A stretch of 64,000 nucleotides of DNA from assembly GCA_964512315.1 (NCBI GenBank), contig CAZEIK010000002.1:45304-109303 (forward strand). Reading direction: 5' to 3'. Positions within the stretch are counted from its first letter, which is position 1. Every line of letters begins with the position of its first letter. The translations under genes and the position numbers were made by a program. This document shows, piece by piece, positions 1 through 9,480 of this stretch. Origin of the DNA: an uncultured Candidatus Saccharibacteria bacterium (GTDB lineage: Bacteria; Patescibacteriota; Minisyncoccia; Phycocordibacterales; UBA5272). Under the pieces are notes generated by a model, which ran no database searches, had not been told where the DNA came from, and saw only the letters and a program-made list of their open reading frames with translations.

Positions 1-189
1 TATGTTGCAAGATTTAGAGATATATCTCTCGCGCAGTTTAGAAGAATGTCAGATGAAGATATTAAAGGTGTGAAAGATGAAGTTAAAAAAATAGGGGAAA
101 TAGTCAGTCCTTTTATAAAAAATGGTGAGCGCGAAGCATCAAGCGTTGAAGAGCTCCTCAACTTAGCCTCACAAAATAAAATTAGTTAA
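1..189 (+). CDS. 3' end of an upstream gene (partial; C-terminal 62 codons ending ...LASQNKIS*)
   Basis: Open frame from position 1 to a TAA at 187-189. No recognisable motif. Confidence 0.3.
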   Translation, partial: YVARFRDISLAQFRRMSDEDIKGVKDEVKKIGEIVSPFIKNGEREASSVEELLNLASQNKIS

Positions 190-213
190 TATGTTAAACT
201 AGCATTCTAAAAG

Positions 214-2127
214 ATGCTAAACGATAAACAATTAGAAGCAAGTAAGACAATAACTGGACCGCTGTTAATCCTAGCAGGGGCGGGGGCGGGTAAGACAAAG
301 ACAATAACTGAAAGAGTGGTGGAAATAGTGCGAGCTGGCAATGCGGTGGAGAGAATATTATGTGTAACATTTACTAACAAGGCCGCAGCAGAGATGCGTG
401 AGCGTATATCAAAAAGATTAAAAGAGGAGGGCCTCCTGGATGAGTGGGGCGGGGCACCATTAATCAAGACATTTCACTCGCTCGGCCTGTGGCTGATGCG
501 TAGGGAGTCGGGATACCTAGGACTCAACAAAAACTTTACAATATTAGACAGCGATGATACGAGGGGTATAGTAAAAAGAATACTAGAAGACAGGGGGTTC
601 GACACTAAGATGTATGAGCCAGCTAAAATACGTAATGCTATATCCAGGGAGAAGGGGGACTTTGTGACGGTTAACGAGTATCGCTCTCGCGTATCGAGTT
701 ACACAATGGACGTGGTGGCTACTGTGTGGGGACTGTACGAAGAGGAGCTACGCAATCAGGGCGCTGTGGACTTTGACGACTTGATTGTTCGCTGTGTTGA
801 GATGTTAGAAAGCGATACATTTATAAGAGAAAAGTATCAGAATTATTTTACGCACATACACATTGATGAGTACCAAGACACCAACAACTCTCAATATAAA
901 TTCTCTAAACTCCTAGTTAATCCTAAGCAAAATAATATTTGTGTAGTGGGTGACACTGATCAGAATATATATAGCTGGCGCGGAGCGAACCTCAAAAACA
1001 TAATGAATTTTGAAAAGGACTTCCCTAATACAAAAGTCATATTATTAGAGGAAAATTATCGCTCAACAGGCAACATACTATCTCTTGCTAATAATGCAAT
1101 TAAGAAGAATACTGTTAGAAAAGAAAAGAATCTTTTTACTCGCTCAGGAGATGGGGAGAAGATTGAAATACTTCCAAGCTGGGACGAGGAGTCCGAAGCA
1201 GAGTGGGTAGCAAAAAAGTCAAAAGAACTAATCGCTTCTGGAGTTGACCCCAACAGCATCGCTGTATTATATAGAACCAACTTTCAATCCAGAATAATGG
1301 AGGAAATGATGCTTCGCAATGATGTACCTTATGCAGTACTCGGTACCAAGTTCTTCGAAAGAAAAGAGGTTAAGGATATATTGAGTTACTTAAAGGCAGC
1401 CCTTAATCCAAAAAGTCAGCCAGACCTAAAGCGTGTATTCGAAACACCCAAAAAAGGCGTTGGTAAGACGACCATAGCCAAGCTGTTTTCTAATGAGGAG
1501 TTACCAGCTGCTGCGAGGAAAAAGGTGGATGCTGTTTTTAACTTTTTAAAAGAAATCGCTGACATGCTACAGACTGAGCCTCTCTCACATGTTATGAATT
1601 ATATTCTGGTAGAGTCTGGTATAGAAAAAGAATTAAAAGATGAAGGTGAAGACGGGATGATAAGGCTCGCCAACATATCCGAGCTGATCACACTAGCTAG
1701 CAAATACGATGAGATGGCTTATGACGAAAACATTGAGAAATTCTTCGAGCTTGCCTCACTTTCTAGCGATCAAGATGATGACAAAAAAGAGGCTTCTGGT
1801 GTTAGGTTGATGACCATACACTCATCCAAAGGTCTTGAATTCGATTATGTTTTTATTGTAGGACTAGAAGAAGACCTTTTCCCGTCTAAAAACTTTTCTG
1901 GCAAACAAAAGTCAAAAGAGGAGTCTGAGGAGGAAAGGAGGCTGTTCTATGTGGCCGTGACAAGGGCGAGAAAGAAGCTTTATCTTACTTATGCAGAGAT
2001 GAGAACAATATTCGGCCAACGTAACATCGCTCCACCCAGCCAATTCCTCTCAGATGTTGATCCAAACGAGACCGAGTATCACGACGTGTATTACAAGGAA
2101 AATAATGGTAAAGTGTTCTATATATAA
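214..2127 (+). CDS. pcrA: ATP-dependent DNA helicase, UvrD/PcrA/Rep family
   Basis: N-terminal GPLLILAGAGAGKTKTI Walker A in the typical PcrA context (LNxxQxEA..GPLLIxAGAGSGKT). 637 aa, consistent with the family. Confidence 0.9.
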   Translation: MLNDKQLEASKTITGPLLILAGAGAGKTKTITERVVEIVRAGNAVERILCVTFTNKAAAEMRERISKRLKEEGLLDEWGGAPLIKTFHSLGLWLMRRESGYLGLNKNFTILDSDDTRGIVKRILEDRGFDTKMYEPAKIRNAISREKGDFVTVNEYRSRVSSYTMDVVATVWGLYEEELRNQGAVDFDDLIVRCVEMLESDTFIREKYQNYFTHIHIDEYQDTNNSQYKFSKLLVNPKQNNICVVGDTDQNIYSWRGANLKNIMNFEKDFPNTKVILLEENYRSTGNILSLANNAIKKNTVRKEKNLFTRSGDGEKIEILPSWDEESEAEWVAKKSKELIASGVDPNSIAVLYRTNFQSRIMEEMMLRNDVPYAVLGTKFFERKEVKDILSYLKAALNPKSQPDLKRVFETPKKGVGKTTIAKLFSNEELPAAARKKVDAVFNFLKEIADMLQTEPLSHVMNYILVESGIEKELKDEGEDGMIRLANISELITLASKYDEMAYDENIEKFFELASLSSDQDDDKKEASGVRLMTIHSSKGLEFDYVFIVGLEEDLFPSKNFSGKQKSKEESEEERRLFYVAVTRARKKLYLTYAEMRTIFGQRNIAPPSQFLSDVDPNETEYHDVYYKENNGKVFYI

Positions 2128-2915
2128 TGCTAGTCAAAGCAAAGAAGTCATTAGGGCAGAATTTTCTTAGGTCAAAGGCAGCACTTTTGGCTATTGTTGA
2201 GTGTTCAAATATCAGCACCAGCGACACTGTTATAGAAATAGGTCCTGGCGAAGGGGTGCTAACTGAAGAACTGCTAAAAACTGGAGCAAAAGTGGTTGCT
2301 ATAGAAAAAGATGACAGATTAATTGAAATTCTAAATCAAAAGTTTTTAGAATATACAAAACAAAGCAAATTCGAACTGTTACATGCTGATGTAACTGATT
2401 TTGACTTTGCTAAGTTAGACAAAAATTATAAAGTAATAGCCAATATACCTTACTACATAACAGGGTTAATAATGAGAAAGTTGATTGATGACGGTGGGGC
2501 ACAATCATTAACACTTCTGGTTCAGCGTGAAGTAGCCGAGAGGGGTTGCGCAAGAGATGGTAAGGGGTCGCTACTTTCTAATTCAATATTGTCATACGGC
2601 GTACCCAAATACGTTAAGACTGTGCCGCGTGGATCATTTGTACCGTCACCCAATGTAGACAGCGCTATTTTATATATTAAGCGCCACGACGCATCAGCCT
2701 TTAGAGACGCGCAGGAAAAAGAGTTATTCTTTGAATTAATACATGCAGGGTTCGCTCACAAACGCAAAACATTATTACACAATTTAAATATATACAATCA
2801 AGAAAAAGGATTGAGCGTAAAATGGGAACAAATAATAGACAGCAAGGTGCGAGCTGAGGATGTGCATTTTGAAGACTGGCTACGTATTGTGCGTGATACA
2901 ATTAAGTTGTGGTAG
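2127..2915 (+). CDS. rsmA: 16S rRNA (adenine1518/1519-N6)-dimethyltransferase
   Basis: SLGQNFL...IEIGPGEGVLTEEL SAM-binding motif typical of KsgA/RsmA. Start overlaps the pcrA stop (TAATG). Confidence 0.9.
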   Translation: MLVKAKKSLGQNFLRSKAALLAIVECSNISTSDTVIEIGPGEGVLTEELLKTGAKVVAIEKDDRLIEILNQKFLEYTKQSKFELLHADVTDFDFAKLDKNYKVIANIPYYITGLIMRKLIDDGGAQSLTLLVQREVAERGCARDGKGSLLSNSILSYGVPKYVKTVPRGSFVPSPNVDSAILYIKRHDASAFRDAQEKELFFELIHAGFAHKRKTLLHNLNIYNQEKGLSVKWEQIIDSKVRAEDVHFEDWLRIVRDTIKLW

Positions 2916-3781
2916 AGAAAACACCGAACAATGACTCTCTTTCTAGAGAAAAAGCTTTTTTGATTCTAGCTGGACTTTTGGCTGTGATTGCATTTCTGAT
3001 TTATGGGCTTTTCCCGGATCAAGCCAAAACACCCGAGATACCCTCTTCTAGTCTTAGCTCCAAAATACAAACATATGATCAGCTGATAAGCCTTGGCCAG
3101 GACTTGAGCGGTAATGGTCAACCAGCATGGAGGGAAATAGTCTTCGGCGACAAGACAAAAAGTGGTGACAACTCAACAACAAGCAACCTTACTACAATAC
3201 TAGCTCGTGACACTATGGCAATAGGAGTGCTATCTAACAAGAACACAGACGTAAATGCTGACTTATATATGTCGGCCCTGGTAGACAGCGCGTCTCAACA
3301 GATAACAGTAAAAGATGTTGGTCAGATCAACGTTTCTAATGACAATTCAAGAGCTGCGCTCAAGGAATACGGTAACAATGCAGCAGTTGTGTTCGGTATG
3401 TTTTTCGGTAATGAGCAAAAAGAGTTAAAAGATTTGCAGAACTATATAAATACCAATAATGCGTCTAACCTGAACAATATAAAATCTCTACAGAAGCAAA
3501 TACAATCTCTCTGTGCGTCATTTAAGACAGTCGCCGCACCTAAAAACATCGCAACTCTACACAGAACACTTCTAGAGCAATGCTTCTACTATAACGACAT
3601 ATTGACAGCCTTTACAAAAGTCGACTCCGACCCAAGCTCGTCTTTGGTTGCTGTGGGGCAGTATCAAGGCATGATAAACAATCAGACTGAACTACTTAGC
3701 AAGATGCGAGACTTTTTTGACTCTAACAATGTCGTGTTCGGCGTGTCTGATTACGGTAGGATTTTTAACAAAAATATATGA
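2909..3781 (+). CDS. membrane-anchored hypothetical protein, first gene of the T4SS-like cluster
   Basis: One N-terminal TM helix (FLILAGLLAVIAFLIYGLF) then a soluble domain. Translationally coupled to flanking genes. No recognisable motif. Confidence 0.45.
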   Translation: MVEKTPNNDSLSREKAFLILAGLLAVIAFLIYGLFPDQAKTPEIPSSSLSSKIQTYDQLISLGQDLSGNGQPAWREIVFGDKTKSGDNSTTSNLTTILARDTMAIGVLSNKNTDVNADLYMSALVDSASQQITVKDVGQINVSNDNSRAALKEYGNNAAVVFGMFFGNEQKELKDLQNYINTNNASNLNNIKSLQKQIQSLCASFKTVAAPKNIATLHRTLLEQCFYYNDILTAFTKVDSDPSSSLVAVGQYQGMINNQTELLSKMRDFFDSNNVVFGVSDYGRIFNKNI

Positions 3782-5433
3782 AAAAAATAATTGCTTCATT
3801 CTTAATAGCTTTTGGACTTTGGACAAACACTGCGTCAGCTTTTATAGTTTTTGACCCTACACAATTCAGTACACAAGTACTACAATATGGGCTAGAAATT
3901 GCTGGCAACATAACAGCTTACCAAAGCATGATAAAAGAGTACGCACTAGACCCGCTCGCTTATGCAATAGCGCAACGTGTTAAGAATCAAATTAAGCAAG
4001 AGATAGTTAAGTGGGCACAAGATGGTGGTAGTGGTAAGCCTCAGTTCCTCGAGAATCCAGAAAGATTCTTCACTAATCTAGCAACTCAGGAGCTAACACT
4101 AGTTAAGCGTGACCTGATGACTAATATTGTTGGTAATGACGCCGTGTTGAAGGCTTTGGTCTCAGGTAATGCCGAAGGGTATGTTAAAAAGTCTTTCCAA
4201 GAATTCATGGTACCAACAACCAACAAAGTGATACAAAATGACATCTGTTCTCCTGCGAAGCTGCAAAAGATGGCTTCGGAGAACGCTGCTGGTGCAGCAG
4301 AATTCGCAAGGCGCTATTGTGGAGCAACAACCAGCACCTCATCTCAGCAGCAGCAATACAAAGACCTTCAGAACTGCTTTGCCAAAGACTTCTCATGTGG
4401 TGGCTGGAACGCCTTTCTGTCTATTACCCAGGACCCTTATCGAAATACAGAGACCGGACGCCTGGCCGTTGCACAGTTACAACTTCAGCAAAATGTAAAT
4501 CAAAAAACAACCAACACCAATAATGAGCTTAATCGTGGAGGAGGATTCTTCAGTCAAAAAGTATGCAAGAAGGGCGCTTTGTTAGAAAAAGATGACCAGG
4601 GCGAGCCGCTACCCAAAGAAAGTCAACTCTGTACCGAGTACGAAACACTCACTCCTGGTGACCAGATAAGGAACCTAACTAATGAAGTATTAGGCGACCC
4701 TCTCAAGCAATTGCAACAGTCAGACGAGATTAGTGAGATTATTGTTAGCGCACTTATGGTGAAACTGCAATCCATAGGTCTACGTCATCTAAAAGATGGT
4801 TTTGATAATCTTATTAGAGGCGCAACCGATGGATCTGGTAGTCTGCGAGACAGCGTGACTGCAGCTGGCGCTCCGAAGGACCCAACAGTAGCCAGCAGCT
4901 CAGTAACACTAAGTAACGCCGACCATCGCAACTTAACAGCGAACATGCTTCAACTTATGAATAGTGTGCTCAAGGAACACTCAACCAACTTAACTGTTGT
5001 ACAAGAAGAATTAACCAAATATCAGAATCTTGCTGACAAAATAGTTCAGATTGAGACCTGTTATCAAGAGAAATCTTCTTGGCTTGCAATGCCGCCACTT
5101 GTAAAAACAACAGTAGACTCACAGAAGCAAATAATAGGCCAGAAAGTCTTGGCTCTTGCTGATGAGTTTTCTACATACAAGGAGAAAGCTGACGACCTTT
5201 CAGCAGCAATAGAGACAGTCACAAGGAGTCGTGACGCCGACGCTATAACCAATATATATAACGCCTTCAATGCGGAGCTTTCTGCTAATTCATATCTAAC
5301 TTCTGCTGTGGCAGACAAGAGAAGGGCGGACAATGAGGAGCTGTACAAACAACTAGACCAACTTTCTACAACTTTTGACTCAATGTTAACCGAGTGTCAA
5401 CAGGCTCAACCAAGTACAGCTGGAGGTAACTAA
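3778..5433 (+). CDS. secreted hypothetical protein (T4SS-associated)
   Basis: Signal peptide MKKIIASFLIAFGLWTNTASAF. 551 aa with a Gln-rich stretch and predicted coiled-coil C-terminal half. Start overlaps the previous stop. Confidence 0.5.
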   Translation: MKKIIASFLIAFGLWTNTASAFIVFDPTQFSTQVLQYGLEIAGNITAYQSMIKEYALDPLAYAIAQRVKNQIKQEIVKWAQDGGSGKPQFLENPERFFTNLATQELTLVKRDLMTNIVGNDAVLKALVSGNAEGYVKKSFQEFMVPTTNKVIQNDICSPAKLQKMASENAAGAAEFARRYCGATTSTSSQQQQYKDLQNCFAKDFSCGGWNAFLSITQDPYRNTETGRLAVAQLQLQQNVNQKTTNTNNELNRGGGFFSQKVCKKGALLEKDDQGEPLPKESQLCTEYETLTPGDQIRNLTNEVLGDPLKQLQQSDEISEIIVSALMVKLQSIGLRHLKDGFDNLIRGATDGSGSLRDSVTAAGAPKDPTVASSSVTLSNADHRNLTANMLQLMNSVLKEHSTNLTVVQEELTKYQNLADKIVQIETCYQEKSSWLAMPPLVKTTVDSQKQIIGQKVLALADEFSTYKEKADDLSAAIETVTRSRDADAITNIYNAFNAELSANSYLTSAVADKRRADNEELYKQLDQLSTTFDSMLTECQQAQPSTAGGN

Positions 5434-5471
5434 CAACCAAACATGCCTATTTTTATGATACACTTTGTATT

Positions 5472-7832
5472 GTGAAAATCTGGCGCGCAATATTAATCTT
5501 AACCTGTTTTTCTATACTTTTTTTCGCGCCACAGATCAGTTATGGCCAAGCTGTGCAACCTTGTGACACAGCCGAAACAATAGGTACTACATATCCATGC
5601 AGAGACAGCCAAGGCAGAAGTTGGGGTAGTTTTGCTGAAAGGCAAAACGCTATGAACGCTGCCGGGGCAGCGGAAATGGCTAAAAAAAATGAATCTAAGC
5701 CAACAGGTCGAGTTCAAGTTTGTCCAGCTGCTGCATATGAAAAGTTTTCTCTCGCAAACCTAGCCTCTGTTGGGATTTTGCCAGCTCTTTGTGGTATTGT
5801 AGATTTCACTCTTTCTGGAATAGGGTGGGCCTTGGCTGGTTTAATGTATCTTTGTGCAACACTTTTTGACTATTCTTTCGATAATTTTGTGTTACACATA
5901 GCAACAATGTTCCAGGATGAAGACGGAGTTAACAAGGCTTATATATATGGCGCTTGGACAGCTATACGAGATTTAGCCAACATTGCAGCATTCTTTGCTG
6001 CTGTGTACGCCGGATTCTTACGAATTATAGGACAAAATCAAGAAGACTTTCGTAAGGCTGTTGCCAAGCTTCTACTCTTCGCATTACTTACTAACTTTTC
6101 TTTTGCTTTGTCAAAGTTCGCAATAGATGTTTCTAATGTTATCTCGCTGCAAATATATGGCGCTGCTTCTGGTTATAAGTTTTCTGGGAACGTTAGCACT
6201 AGTTCACAAGGAATGCTTTCAAGCGACTACGGCATTAGTACTGCCTATATGAAGCAGATGGGAATATCTGCTTTTGTGCAGGACACGTCACAAGTAAATC
6301 CGAACTCTGCTTTTAAGAACCTAGACTCTCTGACTGTTGTTTTTGTTTCTTATATTTTCTTTATTTTTGCGGGTTGGCAATTTTTAAGTATGGCGATTTT
6401 TATTTTAACGAGAAGCTTTTTATTAATTGCTAGTGTTATTTTTTCTCCGCTGATGTTTATTGGAGGGCTTGTGCCAGCTTTAGACAAAGCTCATGACAAG
6501 TGGCGAGAGACATTTTTTGGTAATTTGGTTGTTGCTCCTATATTGGCCATATTTACTTGGTTAGGTCTTCAGATTTTAAAGGGTGCCAATGAGACAACTT
6601 TAGGAATTATTGGCGACGGCAGCATACAAGATATGTTAAAGCAGATTGCCATGCTTGCTCTTACAGGAATATCTTTATATGTCGGCAAAAAATTTGCTGA
6701 GCAAGCCTCGGGGGCGGTTGGGCAATTTGCAGTAAAGGTCTTAGGTGGAGCGGTGGGTGGGGCGGCGATGGCTGTTGGTACTGCGGGTACCGGATTCGTA
6801 GCTCGTGCCGGCATGGCTCGTGCGGCAGCGATGGCTGGTAATGTTGGCAAGAAGTGGGCAACACAAGAGGGCGCAGGTAGAGCCAAAAAATTCGCAGGAG
6901 GGCTACTTCTTAAGGGTGGGGAGAGGATGGAGAAGACTCAAATATTCGGCCGCTCTGCTTATGATGTTAGAAAAGGGATTGAGGATAAGGTCGCAGATAA
7001 GCGCAATACAGTATTGAGGGAGAATCGTATGGCAGCCAGGAACCTAGGGTGGACAGACAGGTTAGAGCAAGCCAAGAGCGCTGATGAGGTGGCATATATG
7101 GAGCAACAAATCAAACGTGGCACTACATATTCGAGGGATACACATGACGCAGAGATAGCAGCGCTCAAGAACAAGCCAATACAAAGAGCTTCTGCTTCTG
7201 AGCTGCGTGTACTAGATAAAGACTTAGACAAGGCCCGTGATTTAGATGAGAAGATAAAGATAAAAGATTCCACTGTTGCTACACAGATACAAAATGGTCA
7301 GAAAGCGTTAGATGACGAATATGGAGATATAATAAAAACAAGAACAGAATATCTTGAAAATCAAAAGCGTGGCAACGCAACAGCAGAAGAGAGAAAGAAA
7401 ACTGAAGACTATATAGCCACCACAAGAAAAACTTTAGCCGATAAGAAGGCTGAATTAGAAAAGCAATTAACGGAACAAAAGAACTCTGACACTTATTATC
7501 AAGACCTACAAAATCAACTAAAAGTTTTACAAGATGATTACTCTAAAACAACCACAGCCTATAAATTAGGCTCAGCTGTTGGTGTTATGAATGAGACGCA
7601 GAGGCAGGCTGGTGAGCAGGATTTGGCTGCAATTAAGGGAGCAATATCAACTTTGGGGAGCATAAAACCTTTCACTACCGAGTTCGACCAGCCCAATTTA
7701 GCCCCTGGTCAAGCTACAACTTTCCAAAATATACAAAAAAGCTCTGGCGGTGAACCATTTAACACGCTGACACCAAAACAAGCAGACTCTATTGCTTCAA
7801 AATTAAGAGGCTTTAAGAAAGCGAAACAATAA
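5472..7832 (+). CDS. VirB6/TrbL-like polytopic membrane protein with a long C-terminal coiled-coil extension
   Basis: GTG start. Signal-like N-terminus, then at least 6 hydrophobic helices and a Gly/Ala-rich segment, followed by a roughly 300-aa charged coiled-coil tail. Sits upstream of the VirB3/VirB4 homologues. Confidence 0.55.
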   Translation: MKIWRAILILTCFSILFFAPQISYGQAVQPCDTAETIGTTYPCRDSQGRSWGSFAERQNAMNAAGAAEMAKKNESKPTGRVQVCPAAAYEKFSLANLASVGILPALCGIVDFTLSGIGWALAGLMYLCATLFDYSFDNFVLHIATMFQDEDGVNKAYIYGAWTAIRDLANIAAFFAAVYAGFLRIIGQNQEDFRKAVAKLLLFALLTNFSFALSKFAIDVSNVISLQIYGAASGYKFSGNVSTSSQGMLSSDYGISTAYMKQMGISAFVQDTSQVNPNSAFKNLDSLTVVFVSYIFFIFAGWQFLSMAIFILTRSFLLIASVIFSPLMFIGGLVPALDKAHDKWRETFFGNLVVAPILAIFTWLGLQILKGANETTLGIIGDGSIQDMLKQIAMLALTGISLYVGKKFAEQASGAVGQFAVKVLGGAVGGAAMAVGTAGTGFVARAGMARAAAMAGNVGKKWATQEGAGRAKKFAGGLLLKGGERMEKTQIFGRSAYDVRKGIEDKVADKRNTVLRENRMAARNLGWTDRLEQAKSADEVAYMEQQIKRGTTYSRDTHDAEIAALKNKPIQRASASELRVLDKDLDKARDLDEKIKIKDSTVATQIQNGQKALDDEYGDIIKTRTEYLENQKRGNATAEERKKTEDYIATTRKTLADKKAELEKQLTEQKNSDTYYQDLQNQLKVLQDDYSKTTTAYKLGSAVGVMNETQRQAGEQDLAAIKGAISTLGSIKPFTTEFDQPNLAPGQATTFQNIQKSSGGEPFNTLTPKQADSIASKLRGFKKAKQ

Positions 7833-7833
7833 C

Positions 7834-8433
7834 ATGAATCCAGAACTTCGTAATGCAATTGATATAGAGATAAGAAAGTCTTCAAAAGAGATGCAGGACT
7901 TTTTATTCGGGGAATATTTCAAAGACACAGTGAAATTAATTGAAAGAGTTAATAAGTTTACAGAAGACCAAGCTGTATCATTAGAATTAGAGGTTACAAT
8001 GTGCCTACTCGGAATTAGTGATTATCCATCTCTAGAAGAGGCTTTTAAAGGTGAACTAGGGCAGGGTGGGCAAGTTGCAAATGAAGCGACTGTAAGGCAG
8101 GCTGTGAAGGATGTAGAAAATTATATTCTATCCAAGGCTCCAAAAGTTGCCCCAGCTACTCAGGTTGCCACTATAGAAGTTAAACCAGAAATAGAAAGTA
8201 GCACAACAAACACCGCTGAGCCTTCTTCTAAAAATCTGCACGAAATACTTTATTCTCAATTAGAGGTAAACAAGGCCTCAGAAATGGAAACAAATACAGT
8301 ACCTAACCCAGAAGCAAAACCAGAAACTTTTGAAGATATAAAAGATAAAGTCGAAGAAAAAGCCCTACAAAAACCACTAGATTTCTACAGAGAAAAGGTT
8401 GATGAAGAGGATAAGAAAATGAAGACTTTATAA
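7834..8433 (+). CDS. acidic hypothetical protein
   Basis: 199-aa ORF. Acidic, no TM segment. Tightly packed inside the T4SS cluster. Confidence 0.4.
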   Translation: MNPELRNAIDIEIRKSSKEMQDFLFGEYFKDTVKLIERVNKFTEDQAVSLELEVTMCLLGISDYPSLEEAFKGELGQGGQVANEATVRQAVKDVENYILSKAPKVAPATQVATIEVKPEIESSTTNTAEPSSKNLHEILYSQLEVNKASEMETNTVPNPEAKPETFEDIKDKVEEKALQKPLDFYREKVDEEDKKMKTL

Positions 8434-8452
8434 TTTTTGATATAATTAAGTC

Positions 8453-8827
8453 GTGCAATTCAGAGTACCACAATTCATAGATATAGAAGACAAGATAATT
8501 GGGCCATTAACCTGGAGGCAGTTTGCTTATTGCCTTGGTGCTGTTGGTGTTACTTATCTAGCTATGAGGTTTATCCCGAGCAACATAATAGCTCTTATTG
8601 TTATATCTCCTGTAGCTGGCTTATTCCTAGCTCTAGCTTTTGTAAAAATAAACAATCAACCCTTTGTTGAAGTTATGGAGCATGCAATTAACTACTTTTC
8701 TCGCAGCAATATATATACTTGGCAAAGAAGAAATAATAACATTCAGGTTATAACCCCAGATCCGAGCACTCTCAAACAAAAGTCTTTGAGCTTAGACACC
8801 AAAAACGTGGAAACATCTTCTGAATAA
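8453..8827 (+). CDS. PrgI/VirB3-like small membrane protein
   Basis: 124 aa with two adjacent TM helices (FAYCLGAVGVTYLAMRFIP / IIALIVISPVAGLFLALAFV). Lies two genes upstream of the VirB4-like ATPase, as in Gram-positive conjugation-type T4SS. Confidence 0.55.
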   Translation: MQFRVPQFIDIEDKIIGPLTWRQFAYCLGAVGVTYLAMRFIPSNIIALIVISPVAGLFLALAFVKINNQPFVEVMEHAINYFSRSNIYTWQRRNNNIQVITPDPSTLKQKSLSLDTKNVETSSE

Positions 8828-8855
8828 AATCACTTACTGATGATATACTGAATCC

Positions 8856-9476
8856 ATGCAGGGTAGTGCCTCACAAGGATTTGTGCCTATTAAAAACATA
8901 CGTGACGGACTCATCGAATTACAAAACGGTGAGTATAGAGCCGTACTTATGACCAACTCACTAAATCTTTCTCTTAAGGGTGAGGATGAGCAGACCGCGA
9001 TATTGACCCAATTCCAAAACTTTCTTAACTCTCTAGAGTTTTCTGTGCAGATCTTTGTGAAGTCTCGTCGTATGGATATAGAGCCATATATAAATCTTTT
9101 AGAAGAGAGATTGGCTGTTGCGGAGGGTGAGCTGATCAAGCTACAAATCACTGAATATATAAGCTATATCAAGACCTTTTCAGAAGAGACAAATATAATG
9201 TCTAAACAATTCTTCGTTGTTGTTCCGTACACGCCAGCAGTTATTAATCAAAGCTCTGTACCCAGCCTTCCTTTTGGTAACAATGATGCCCTTGCAGCAA
9301 AAGCTGATGCAGCTTTTCAAGAAGTGTACAGACAGATGGAGCAAAGAATACTTGTGGTCTCTAGTGGGCTCACAAGAACTGGATTACGTGTTGAGAGGTT
9401 GCAAAGTGATGAAGTTGTGAGTCTTTTCTACAGCCTTTTCAACCCAGGAGCAGAACATAAAGCTATAATTAATTAA
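8856..9476 (+). CDS. hypothetical protein, possibly a detached N-terminal module of VirB4
   Basis: 206-aa soluble ORF ending 4 nt before the VirB4-like gene. 206+602 aa approximates a full-length VirB4. This is inference only. Confidence 0.4.
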   Translation: MQGSASQGFVPIKNIRDGLIELQNGEYRAVLMTNSLNLSLKGEDEQTAILTQFQNFLNSLEFSVQIFVKSRRMDIEPYINLLEERLAVAEGELIKLQITEYISYIKTFSEETNIMSKQFFVVVPYTPAVINQSSVPSLPFGNNDALAAKADAAFQEVYRQMEQRILVVSSGLTRTGLRVERLQSDEVVSLFYSLFNPGAEHKAIIN

Positions 9477-9480
9477 AACT

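Noticed and set aside
1056-1280. Short antisense or alternative-frame ORFs nested in housekeeping genes (for example 1056-1280 minus, 4205-4523, 6569-7273 minus, 9707-10187 minus, 32002-32274 minus, 36941-37423, 52214-52603)
   Set aside because: They are wholly contained in longer ORFs that have clear functional motifs and give low-complexity translations. They are treated as noise.
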